DNA of 64,000 bases, taken from positions 3,712,149-3,776,148 of the forward strand of contig JBFWNU010000001.1 of assembly GCA_050250895.1 (NCBI GenBank), in the 5' to 3' direction. Below, piece by piece: positions 1-8,980 of the stretch. A program made the position numbers and the translations under genes. The notes below the pieces were generated by a model. The model ran no database searches and had not been told where the DNA came from. It saw only the letters and a list, made by a program, of their open reading frames with translations. The stretch's first letter is position 1. The number at the start of each line of letters is the position of its first letter. This DNA is from Vulcanimicrobiota bacterium (GTDB lineage Bacteria; Vulcanimicrobiota; Xenobia; Xenobiales; JADMJV01).

Positions 1-470
1 TCTTCCACTCGGGCCTGGGCTTCACTCAAGCGCCGGTCGGCTTCGGCGGCCGCCTCTTCCGAGCGGCGGGCCCGTTCTTCCGCCTCGTCATATTTCTCCA
101 CCGCCGGGCCCGACTTGACATAGATGCGCCGAAAGCGCTCATCGGCCTCGAGGGCCCTGGCTTCAGCCTGAAGGGCTCGTTCCTCGAAGGTCTGGAGCGT
201 GCCGACATCGGCTAGAGGCAGGCTGGTGAGACTGCGCAGCCAATAGAGGGTTACGTCGGGTAGCTCCTGGCGTCGAATCTCGTACTCGACCAGTTCTACT
301 TCCAGGCGCTGGTCTTGCCCATGACGAGATAGAAGCTCGGCCCACTCGTCAGAGCCGGCGAGCTTTTTGGCGGCTGCATTTACGAACGATACATCCCCCG
401 TGCCATCCAGCCCCACGATCGCGTCGGGATGGTTCTGCAAAGTCGCTAGAAAATCCACCGGCAGAAACAT
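1..470 (-). CDS. PAS-domain signalling protein with coiled coil (N-terminal part; runs off the window start)
   Basis: Manual translation from ATG at 470: MFLPVDFLATLQNHPDAIVGLDGTGDVSFVNAAAKKL..., with a PAS-like PDAIV..D..G.V.FVN.AA motif, then an E/A/R-rich helix; open to the window edge. Confidence 0.7.
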   Translation of the reverse strand, partial: MFLPVDFLATLQNHPDAIVGLDGTGDVSFVNAAAKKLAGSDEWAELLSRHGQDQRLEVELVEYEIRRQELPDVTLYWLRSLTSLPLADVGTLQTFEERALQAEARALEADERFRRIYVKSGPAVEKYDEAEERARRSEEAAAEADRRLSEAQARVE

Positions 471-496
471 TTGTGCCCGGAGGGAAAGAGCCCTGC

Positions 497-1696
497 TTAC
501 GATCCGCTCGCGATTGCCTCGCCCACCACCCAACCCGAGGCCCAGGCGTTCTGAAAGTTGAATCCGCCCGTGACGCCGTCTACATCCAGCAACTCTCCGG
601 CCACGTGCAAACCCCGCCATTTTCGGCTTTCTAGTGTGTCCAGATAGAGCTCGCTAAGGGGCAGCCCGCCGGCGGTCACGAATTCCTCTTTGAACACTCC
701 TTTGCCGCCAACTTCAAACTGGGCGCGCTTGAGGTTTTCGCTGAGTCGATTGAGCTGCTTATTGGGCGATTGGGACCAGGGCTGGGCCGGGTCCAGGCCG
801 TGATGGCGCAACAGGCTCTCCCATAGGCGCTTGGGCAGGTCCAGCGGGTTGTAGTTGCCCAGGTGGGTCGACCGCGACTTACAGCTCAGCAACTGTTGGC
901 GCAGGGCTTCGTGATCTTGGTCGGGAGCGAGATCCAGAGTGAGTGTCGCCCGGTAGCCGCAAGCGTGCAGTTCGCGAGCGGCAAAGGCCGACAGCTTCAA
1001 GATGGCCGGACCGCTCAGACCCCAGTGGGTGATGAGCAGGGGCCCTTCGGCCCGCTGGCCGGCCACTTCGGCCGCCACCCACGGCAGACTGACACCCTGC
1101 AGTCCCGTCAGGCGCGGGTCCTGGACTTTGAACGTGAACAACGAGGGAACAGGGTCCACCACCCGATGCCCCATGGCGGCCAGCCAGGCGTAGGCCATGG
1201 GCGAACCCCCCGGCGCCAGCAGCAGGCGTTGGGCCTCGAAGCTCGCCTGGCGGGTGTGGGCCACAAAGTGGTGGTGATCGACCTCCAACCGGCGCACGGT
1301 ATGGCTGGTGAAGATGCGCACTCCAAGCCGATCGGCCTCGTTGAGCAGGCAGTCGATCACGGTTTGCGACGAGTCGGTGACAGGAAACATCCGACCGTCG
1401 GCCTCGGTCTTGAGTTTGACGCCGCGCGAGGCGAACCACTCGACCGTGTCGGCCGGGCCGAACCGCTCGAGCAGGCGGACGAGCGCCCGTCCGCCCCGGG
1501 GATAGTGCTCGAGCAACTCCCCGGTGTCAAAGCAGGCGTGGGTCACGTTGCAGCGCCCGCCACCCGAGATGCGCACCTTGCCCAGCGGGCTGGCGGCAGA
1601 CTCGAGGATCAGGACCTTCAACTCAGGGTTGAGTGCGGCCGCTCGCAGGGCGGCGAAGACGCCGGCGGCCCCGGCGCCCACGATCAAGACCCTCAT
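497..1696 (-). CDS. HI0933/YhiN-family FAD-dependent oxidoreductase
   Basis: VLIVGAGAAG, GKVRISGGGRCNVT, EADGRMFP, LITHWGLSGPAIL, VTAGG, GELLDVDGVTGGFNFQNAWASG motifs; start trimmed to ATG 1696. Confidence 0.93.
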   Translation of the reverse strand: MRVLIVGAGAAGVFAALRAAALNPELKVLILESAASPLGKVRISGGGRCNVTHACFDTGELLEHYPRGGRALVRLLERFGPADTVEWFASRGVKLKTEADGRMFPVTDSSQTVIDCLLNEADRLGVRIFTSHTVRRLEVDHHHFVAHTRQASFEAQRLLLAPGGSPMAYAWLAAMGHRVVDPVPSLFTFKVQDPRLTGLQGVSLPWVAAEVAGQRAEGPLLITHWGLSGPAILKLSAFAARELHACGYRATLTLDLAPDQDHEALRQQLLSCKSRSTHLGNYNPLDLPKRLWESLLRHHGLDPAQPWSQSPNKQLNRLSENLKRAQFEVGGKGVFKEEFVTAGGLPLSELYLDTLESRKWRGLHVAGELLDVDGVTGGFNFQNAWASGWVVGEAIASGS

Positions 1697-1903
1697 CGCG
1701 GAGAGGGTGGCAGGAACCGATGCTTCCTGGGGCCGGGCTTCATTGTCGGATTGTACTTCTCTTTTCCTGACGCAAAATTGGTGGTTTGTATACTCTGAGT
1801 CAGAGGTGGCCATTCTACAGAGCCGAAAACTTTGGGCTCGTCAACCCACTTCATCAGAAAATGAAGCCCTCGGCCAAGTGCGAGCTTCATGCGAGGAGAG
1901 TAT

Positions 1904-4504
1904 ATGGAGCCCAAACAGGTCAACAGGCGTATCTTCCTCAAGTCGGCGGTCGCCGCCGGAGTCACCCTGGTCGGCCTCACCGGGTGCGAAAGCGGCGGAA
2001 ACGACTTCGTGGTCACCGGGTCCGGCGGTGCGCTAAACAACTTCGTTCCCCCCAACGTGCCGGTCCTGACGCTCCAAACGCAGGTCCAGCCAGCCGTGGT
2101 GCCGGGAGTCGACGCCGGGACTCGCCACACCGTCCGGGTGGTGGCCAGCCAGGGTGGTCTGGTGAACCTGCCGGATGGGGTCTCTCTTTTGATCCCTCCG
2201 GGAGCCCTCCCTGCCGACCTCGAGATCTCGATCACGATGCCGTCGGGTCAGACGCTGGGCGCCAACTTCTTGCAGTATCTTTTCGAGCCGACCGGATTGG
2301 TGTTCAATACACCGATCTTCATCACGCTGCCCTTTGCCACCTTGGCAGCCAAGGACATTCTCCTATCGTTTAACTCCAGCCCGGTCAATCCGATTGTCGA
2401 TACCGGCTCAGAGCTGACCAACTGGGATTTCAATTTCCCGGCCGGCACTCAATCGAGCGGGGGCGTGACCTACGCTGTGAACCACTTCTCCTGGTTTATG
2501 GGCCTCAAAGCCACCGACCTGGGTCTCTATCTGGTCACCGATATCCCCCCCGAGAACCTCGAAACCGGGGATATCCTCTTCGTGCTCTCGGAGTCTGACG
2601 GCAAACGCTGGCGTCCCGGCCACGTTGCGATCTTGTTGAAGGAAGGCAACGACGAGGCTCCTCTCAACACGGACCCCGGCCGATGTATCGAAATGCCGGG
2701 GGGACCTTGCACCATCAATTCGTTAGAGCACATCCAGTTCTCCGACGACCATGTCTATCTCGGTCCCCGTCGACATCCCGAAGGGCTGACGCAATCCGAG
2801 CAGGAGCAAGCCGCGGCCTTCTGGTTGTCGAAACTGGGCACCCAGTATGCGATCATTGGAGACCAGGGTGACGACGTCATTCCCATCACCGCCGGCTTTA
2901 GTTGCGTGGGGCTGGTCGATGCGGGCCTGCGCCATATCGGCAAGGGCCTGGCCGGATGGATTGCCCGGCAGTTCGTGCTCACTCCCCTGGAATACTATCA
3001 ACTCACGGTCCCGGTCACCGAGATGGAAGTCAAGGTCGGCAAAGAGTTCAAGATGCCAGTCTACGGGCTGGTGTCCTTCCTTGGGGATGACACCCTGGGC
3101 AATGCACCGGGCCTAAATCTGCTGGGGGCGTTGGGGTCTTACTCCCGAACGCTGCCCTATGATATCGCCCCGCTCCAGTCCCCCCCCGGTTCGGTGTTCG
3201 TTCCGGCCCAGTTGCCGACATCTAGCGGCGGGGGGCCGCCCAACCTGGGTCCGGCCGCTCCCGGCTATGAGTTCATCTGGACCCCCACCCCCGAGCAACT
3301 GGGGCAGATCTTCGAACTCGAGTTGCTGATGGTGGCGGACAGGTTCAATTGGCAGGCCATCAACACCGAGACCTTTCTCCGGGACGAGTCCAGACGCACC
3401 CTTCGCTTTACGGTAGTCGAAGATACCCGCTATCGCATCGAAGTCATCCACACCCTTGTTGGGGGCTCTGGAGGCGAGGCCGTCGAGGGCCCGCTGTTCG
3501 TGGTGGCTGACGAACTGGTCGCTTTTCAGGCCCTTGTGCCCACCACCACAGCGGACCCGCCCGACCGCTACGTCCGGATTCGACAGGCCGACGGAACGTT
3601 GTCTCGGGTGGGCGGCTTGCCTCAGCTAAATCTCCAGGATTTCGCCGACGACGGCCACGTGGTGACCGATGAAACGGTCGGTCCCAACCAAGGCGACGAG
3701 ACCATCAACAAGCTCTATCTCCAGGGTCAAGGCAACGGAGTCCGGATTCTCACTCCCCCGAGCGCTCAGGACGGAGCTACCGAGACTGCGCGCGTGAACG
3801 AGAACGGCGTCGTGGTCTTCACCTACTATAAATCCAACCGGGGCAATCCCGACCCCCTGGCCGACCGAGATCACGACCTCGGCCTTTATGACCCCCAACT
3901 CAATGCCTCGGTCAGCCTCAACCTGCGCAGCTTCTTGGACCCGATCGCAACCATCTTCAACGAGCACTATCGGATCAACCGAGACCGTGAAGTGGCCGTG
4001 ATCATGTTCACCCCGGAGGGGACCAAGCTGATCGTTTGGAAGCCAGCTATCGTCGGGGTCGACCCTCGTCCCGCTCGCATCTCGGTCATTCGCGAAACTC
4101 CCTACGATGATGACGTGCCCAATCTACGGGGGACGGACAAGCTCCTTTTCAATGATCGCGGCGACCTCGCCTGGAACGAGCGCGGTTCAGGTGCCGAGGA
4201 GAAGCTATACCTCTATACCCAGGGCCAGGTGAGCGAGCTACCCGTGCCGGCCGACCCGTTCAACCGCCCGGTCCAATTGATCGCTCTCAACAATCGGGGG
4301 GTTCTGTTAGGCCAGCAGGGAGAACGAATGGTGCTCTGGCGGACCTCCGACGTTACCAATTTCGAGATTGCCTACGAGGGGCAAATCAGTGCCCAGGACA
4401 TGAATGATGACGGCGTCATCTTGGGTCGGCGCGCATCGGTCATCGACGGCCAGGTCACCGCCGAGGTGGTCCTCATGCGGCCGATTCCCCAGAATGCTTT
4501 ATAG
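1904..4504 (+). CDS. Tat-exported lipoprotein: ZU5-like domain, permuted papain-like (YiiX/NlpC-P60) domain and C-terminal beta-rich repeats
   Basis: GAGGAG RBS before ATG 1904; NRRIFLK twin-arginine motif and LTGC lipobox; GVSLLIPPGAL..FEPTGLVFNTPIFITLP (ZU5-like); GDILF..GHVAI..LGTQY..FSCVGLV (His before Cys). Confidence 0.65.
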   Translation: MEPKQVNRRIFLKSAVAAGVTLVGLTGCESGGNDFVVTGSGGALNNFVPPNVPVLTLQTQVQPAVVPGVDAGTRHTVRVVASQGGLVNLPDGVSLLIPPGALPADLEISITMPSGQTLGANFLQYLFEPTGLVFNTPIFITLPFATLAAKDILLSFNSSPVNPIVDTGSELTNWDFNFPAGTQSSGGVTYAVNHFSWFMGLKATDLGLYLVTDIPPENLETGDILFVLSESDGKRWRPGHVAILLKEGNDEAPLNTDPGRCIEMPGGPCTINSLEHIQFSDDHVYLGPRRHPEGLTQSEQEQAAAFWLSKLGTQYAIIGDQGDDVIPITAGFSCVGLVDAGLRHIGKGLAGWIARQFVLTPLEYYQLTVPVTEMEVKVGKEFKMPVYGLVSFLGDDTLGNAPGLNLLGALGSYSRTLPYDIAPLQSPPGSVFVPAQLPTSSGGGPPNLGPAAPGYEFIWTPTPEQLGQIFELELLMVADRFNWQAINTETFLRDESRRTLRFTVVEDTRYRIEVIHTLVGGSGGEAVEGPLFVVADELVAFQALVPTTTADPPDRYVRIRQADGTLSRVGGLPQLNLQDFADDGHVVTDETVGPNQGDETINKLYLQGQGNGVRILTPPSAQDGATETARVNENGVVVFTYYKSNRGNPDPLADRDHDLGLYDPQLNASVSLNLRSFLDPIATIFNEHYRINRDREVAVIMFTPEGTKLIVWKPAIVGVDPRPARISVIRETPYDDDVPNLRGTDKLLFNDRGDLAWNERGSGAEEKLYLYTQGQVSELPVPADPFNRPVQLIALNNRGVLLGQQGERMVLWRTSDVTNFEIAYEGQISAQDMNDDGVILGRRASVIDGQVTAEVVLMRPIPQNAL

Positions 4505-5476
4505 GTGGGCGGCCAGGGCGATCAGCTCGTCGATGACGGCTAGAAAGCTCTGATCCTGGACCAGCTGGCACTGGGAAAGGTCCTTCTTGAGGTGTTCGAG
4601 ATAGACCACCCCGCGCAGCTTCTTGGCCCCGAAGGCCTCGCCCGGCAGGCGAAAGTTGACACCGTGAAGCACCAGCGTGACCCAGGGGGGCAACTTGCCA
4701 CCGATCGCCAGGATGCCACGGAAAGGGCCGGTCGACTCTTGCCAGGTGACGCCTTCGAGCTGTCCCAGGGGGTGATGGCTCAGATCGGCACCGTCGTTAA
4801 AGCCCACCGTTTGGCCGCTGCCCAACAGCAAGGGGCGAACGGCTGGTGTGCCGTTGAAGGTGACGGGCACGGGACTGCGATTGCAGTGGCGAAAGACGGC
4901 GTCTTCTTCTGAGTCGGGAGTCATGCCACCCGAAATGCGCGTCAAGAACTTGCGAGCGGTCCGCAGGCCCACCCGCTCGCGGACATGGATTCTCAGATTG
5001 ACCTCGCCCCGGCCGGCACTGGGAGCGGGTCGAGGCTGGTCGGCCTGATAGACGAGCTTCTTGCCCTGGTATTCGAGCACGGCCCCCCTTTTGCCGTCCC
5101 AGGCCTCGAGTCGCAAAATCCGCGGCTCGAGCACCTGGGCCCCGCTCAGGCCGATGCCCAGTTCGCGAAAGACCGGTGGCGCCGAAGTCGAGAACACCAG
5201 TGAATGGAGCTGATCTAACAGAGTGGCGTCGGGCAGCAAGCAGTCGGACTCGAGAATCAGGTCGTCAGCGTCGCCCTGAAAGTCGACCCAGCTGGCTCCC
5301 CCGGCCACCGCGGCCGCCTGCAAGTTGAGCACATAGAGACGCGGCTCGGGATGGCGAAACTCGCGCAGCTTCTCTTCGGCCCGCGCCTCGCTGAGGGTGA
5401 AGCTTCCTGAAGAATCGACTTTGCCCTCGCCACGATAGCCTTCCAGCCGGGCCAGCAGTTCGGGCCGGACGGTCAT
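4499..5476 (-). CDS. Hypothetical protein with an N-terminus resembling HSP90/GHKL-like ATP-binding proteins
   Basis: ATGA overlap with the upstream gene at 5473-5476; GSFTL..ARAEEKLREF..P..YVLNL..AAV.GGA motif. Confidence 0.55.
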   Translation of the reverse strand: MTVRPELLARLEGYRGEGKVDSSGSFTLSEARAEEKLREFRHPEPRLYVLNLQAAAVAGGASWVDFQGDADDLILESDCLLPDATLLDQLHSLVFSTSAPPVFRELGIGLSGAQVLEPRILRLEAWDGKRGAVLEYQGKKLVYQADQPRPAPSAGRGEVNLRIHVRERVGLRTARKFLTRISGGMTPDSEEDAVFRHCNRSPVPVTFNGTPAVRPLLLGSGQTVGFNDGADLSHHPLGQLEGVTWQESTGPFRGILAIGGKLPPWVTLVLHGVNFRLPGEAFGAKKLRGVVYLEHLKKDLSQCQLVQDQSFLAVIDELIALAAHL

Positions 5477-6141
5477 TGCACGAAGACCGCGCAGCCAGCC
5501 GGCAGGGCCAGGGTCAAAAACAGGCCCCAAAAGACCACCGCGCAACAGTCAAGAGCGGCCCGAGGGCTGGAGCGAAAGTGAACCGACGGCGTTTCTGGAC
5601 CAGGGCGCACCACCATTTGCTGCTCGGTCTCGCCCTCGAGAAACTCGAGTTCAAATTCGGTCGCCAGACGTTCGGCCTGGCGGGCGGCGGCCCGGTGGTC
5701 GTCGCCGTGGCGGCTGGCCCGAAAGCGACGGCCCTGGCGGGTGATCAAAAAGGTCACATACTCCCACCAGTAGTTGACCGGCGCAGCCGGAAATTCGCCC
5801 GCCCAGGCGGCCCCCCACAACTCTTCGAGTCCGGCCAGGGGCACCAGTTGGCGAACCCACAAAAAACGCCGGCGCAGCAGCAACTGCTGGCGCTCGCGGT
5901 CGAGCACCAACTCGACCCGGATCAGCTGCCGGAAGAGATAGAGAAAGGCCAGCGCTCCCACCACCAGCAGCAGGGGGAGCACGGTCAAATAACCGAGCCC
6001 CTCCCGTTGGGAAAGCGTGTAATACCAGAACAGAGGTAGTCCCGCGCAAAGCCCCATCAAGACTTTACGCAGCCAGCGCATGCCTTCTTCAAAGCCCGCG
6101 TCGGACCCCAGCACTTCTAAGACAGCGTCGTCGTTGCTCAC
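5473..6141 (-). CDS. Membrane protein
   Basis: Two N-terminal hydrophobic helices and one C-terminal helix; GTGA/ATGA translational coupling on both sides. Confidence 0.7.
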   Translation of the reverse strand: MSNDDAVLEVLGSDAGFEEGMRWLRKVLMGLCAGLPLFWYYTLSQREGLGYLTVLPLLLVVGALAFLYLFRQLIRVELVLDRERQQLLLRRRFLWVRQLVPLAGLEELWGAAWAGEFPAAPVNYWWEYVTFLITRQGRRFRASRHGDDHRAAARQAERLATEFELEFLEGETEQQMVVRPGPETPSVHFRSSPRAALDCCAVVFWGLFLTLALPAGCAVFVQ

Positions 6142-7091
6142 TCTTTCGCCGGTTTCTTCATCTCCTGGACTTGCTTCCAGGTCTGGCGGGCCTGCTCTTC
6201 ATCTCCCAGCACTTTGAGCAGCATGGCCTTGTAGCTGAGAAGTCCCGCGTCGTCGGGGTATTCTTTGACGAGTTCCTCGACGTAGTCCAACGACTCGTCG
6301 ACCAGGGCGAAGTCGACCATGGTGGTCAGGGCGGCCAATTTGTCCTCTTTGGTCTTGGCCTCTTTTCGCAGGGCGTCGAGGCTGTCGGCCGTCTCCTTGT
6401 CCAGCACGATGATCCCCGTCTCGGCGCTGCCGGCCCCGGTGTCCAGGCGGACGTAGTAGGCGCCCGGCTGGATGGGAAGCTTCGGCGTCAAAGAGTTGGC
6501 GTTATAAGCTCGATAGTTGCCGATACCCGCCGGCACATCCTCGGTAATGATCACACGATAGGGGCCTCGAGCCGGACGGGCGTGAAATCGGACCTGTTCG
6601 CCACGAGAAAAGACGATGGAGGGAGCCAGTTCGATGGGTCCTCGCTGCAGATCGGGCGGAACCGGAGCCATGGCCACCTCGCCGAGCTCGATGCGCGTGT
6701 CGTAGAGCTGGGCCTGCAGCTGGCCTCCGGCGCGCTGAATCTTCTCGTTCTTGGGTACCATGACCTGAGAGCCGTCGGCTTTGACCCGATTGAGGCTGCC
6801 TTCACCCTTGACCAGCTCAGCCCCGTTGGTGGTCAGTTTGACCGTGCAAGGCCCTTCAATGGTCTCCTTGCTGCGGTCGGAGAGATAGCTCAGGCGCAAC
6901 TCGGCGCCTTCGGCCAGGCTGGCCACCGCCCCCTCGGGCAACACCTGCAAAGTCTGGGGTGGCTCGACCTTGTCGCCGATCTTGATTTTCACATCCCCCT
7001 CGGTTTTTAGAACCATCGCCAGGCGCCCGTTGGCGGCGGCAAGACTTGCCGCTGCCAGCAGCATCACCAGCAATATCACGCGCAATCTCAT
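6138..7091 (-). CDS. Secreted FecR-like beta domain plus C-terminal TPR-like protein, probable partner of the CHASE2 cyclase
   Basis: Sec signal MRLRVILLVMLLAAASLAAA; FecR-like strands; C-terminal helical repeat; coupled to the cyclase by ATGA overlap. Confidence 0.65.
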   Translation of the reverse strand: MRLRVILLVMLLAAASLAAANGRLAMVLKTEGDVKIKIGDKVEPPQTLQVLPEGAVASLAEGAELRLSYLSDRSKETIEGPCTVKLTTNGAELVKGEGSLNRVKADGSQVMVPKNEKIQRAGGQLQAQLYDTRIELGEVAMAPVPPDLQRGPIELAPSIVFSRGEQVRFHARPARGPYRVIITEDVPAGIGNYRAYNANSLTPKLPIQPGAYYVRLDTGAGSAETGIIVLDKETADSLDALRKEAKTKEDKLAALTTMVDFALVDESLDYVEELVKEYPDDAGLLSYKAMLLKVLGDEEQARQTWKQVQEMKKPAKE

Positions 7092-8824
7092 AACGAGAAG
7101 ACCTCCATCTCTTGTGTTCGACCCTTGAAGCTCTTGAGTCCTCGTGAAACGAACGGAAAACTATCATCGTGGCCCCGAGCCAGCTCGACGGTGGTGGCGC
7201 TGACCAGGATCGTTTCGCCCATCTGCCCGGCCGTGGCCTCGATGCGGGCGGCCAGATTGACGCTATCTCCGATGGCCGTGTACTCGCTGCGTTCCGAGCT
7301 GCCGATGTTGCCCAGCAACACCTCTCCGCTATGCAGCCCCATCTTGACGTGATAAAAGCCGGGAGGGGCGTCGGGGCGGTCGAGTTCAGCCAGGCGGTTG
7401 CGCATGGCCACGGCCGTGGCCACGGCGCGGGCGGCATGATCGTCCATAGGTTCGGGAGCCCCGAACAAGATCATGATCTCGTCGCCAATGAACTGCTTGA
7501 CCGTGCCGCCGTGGGCATCGACGATGGCCACCATCTCCTGGAAGTAGCGGTTGAGCATCGCCACCACCTCTTCCGGGGCCAGATTTTCGCAAGTCTCGGT
7601 GAAGCCGGTGATGTCGCTAAAGAGGATCGTCACCGTGCGGCGCTCGCCCTCGAAGCCCAGCTTCTCGGGGTGCTCGAGCAGGCTCTGCATGACCTGGCGA
7701 GAGACATAGCGTCCGAGCACGTCGCGCAGGTGGCGCCGCGATTCTCGCAGGCTCTGATACTGCAGCCCGAAGGCGGCGCTGCAGGTGACCACCAGCGCCA
7801 GCAGACCCGAGGTGAGTGGCCAGATGAGGCCGGTGGTGGCGAACATCATCAGGCAGATGGCCGTGTAGATACTGCCGACCACCGCCGCGGCCGAGATGCC
7901 CAGGCCCCCGCGCGAGCCCAGCCACAGTCCTAGGCCGACGAAGACCAGGTGAAGCAGCAAGGACGAGGCTGGCGTCAGGCGACGAAGGTAGTTACCGCTC
8001 AGCAGCGTGTGCAGAGCCGCGCCGTGGATCTCCAACCCCGATTTCTCGCCCAGCGGGGTGGCGTGGACGTCGCCATCGTCTTCGCCTGGACCGATCAGGC
8101 AAACCTTGCCTTTTAAGTCCAGGCGGGGCAAATCGAGCAGGTGCGAAAAATTCAGCCACTGGAACCGGCTGGGGTAGTTGATCAAGAGGGCTCCCCGTTC
8201 GCTGGGAACCTCGTCGGGGGTGAGAGGCTGGTCGAGGGCCAGTTCGGCCAGCCGTCCCGAGAACAGCTTCAGAGTGCGATCGCGCTCGGAAACAATCATC
8301 GGCAGTCGCCGCACCTTCTCGTCGGGATCCACCTGCAGATTGGCGAAGGCGAGATTGCCCATGGCATCGGCGGCCAGGTCCAGTTGAGGGGCCGACCGGG
8401 CGTTGCGGGTGCCCGACTGGGCCAGTTCGACCAGCACCACCGGGTTCTCTAACACCGTCATGCCCAGGCTCTCGAGCTGGCTTTGCAAAGTCGTGGCGAC
8501 GGTCGAGTCGAGATTTTGATAGGGGGGATTGAAGAACACATCCACTCCTACGGCGACCGCTCCATTGGCCAACAGATGCTCGATGACCCGCCGGTAGTCG
8601 TCGCCCCAGAAGGCTGTCGGTTTGCCCAGTTTGCGCAAGGTTCTCGGGTCGAGCGGGATGAGCACGATACGCGAGTCGGCCTCGGGTGCCAACCGCCAGG
8701 CCTGGCGGGTCACCAGCATGAGGTCCAGGTCCCGCCGCTGCAGCGGAATGAGCCAACCCAGAGCGGCCGGAATGCTGACCATCAGGCCCAGAGCAAGCAC
8801 AATCAGGCGGGCTGTCCAGGACAT
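7088..8824 (-). CDS. CHASE2-domain class III adenylate/guanylate cyclase
   Basis: CHASE2 motifs (AVGVDVFF, DPDEKVRR, GLEIHGAAL), three TM helices, cyclase motifs LFSDITGFT, FIGDEIM, GLHSG, YTAIGDSVNLAARIE. Confidence 0.92.
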   Translation of the reverse strand: MSWTARLIVLALGLMVSIPAALGWLIPLQRRDLDLMLVTRQAWRLAPEADSRIVLIPLDPRTLRKLGKPTAFWGDDYRRVIEHLLANGAVAVGVDVFFNPPYQNLDSTVATTLQSQLESLGMTVLENPVVLVELAQSGTRNARSAPQLDLAADAMGNLAFANLQVDPDEKVRRLPMIVSERDRTLKLFSGRLAELALDQPLTPDEVPSERGALLINYPSRFQWLNFSHLLDLPRLDLKGKVCLIGPGEDDGDVHATPLGEKSGLEIHGAALHTLLSGNYLRRLTPASSLLLHLVFVGLGLWLGSRGGLGISAAAVVGSIYTAICLMMFATTGLIWPLTSGLLALVVTCSAAFGLQYQSLRESRRHLRDVLGRYVSRQVMQSLLEHPEKLGFEGERRTVTILFSDITGFTETCENLAPEEVVAMLNRYFQEMVAIVDAHGGTVKQFIGDEIMILFGAPEPMDDHAARAVATAVAMRNRLAELDRPDAPPGFYHVKMGLHSGEVLLGNIGSSERSEYTAIGDSVNLAARIEATAGQMGETILVSATTVELARGHDDSFPFVSRGLKSFKGRTQEMEVFSL

Positions 8825-8940
8825 TGGCGCATTATCTCATGCAGGCCTTGGCCTGTCCACTAGCAGTCACCTGATCAGTTTAGAAGCAAAAACGCGTGCC
8901 GTATGTGATCGTTGACACGAGAGGTCTTCTAATGATATTT

Positions 8941-8961
8941 TTAGGTTGGTTGACCAATTAA
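8941..8961. promoter_or_regulatory. Imperfect palindrome, candidate repressor operator
   Basis: TTAGGTTGGTTGACCAATTAA in an AT-rich patch, downstream of TTGACA (8912-8917) and 20 bp before the oxygenase start. Confidence 0.45.
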
Positions 8962-8980
8962 TAAATGGGAGTTTAGAATC

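Noticed and set aside
8904-8919. CRP-like site TGTGA-N6-ACACG near the cyclase gene
   Set aside because: Right half-site matches only 3 of 5 positions; chance occurrence is plausible
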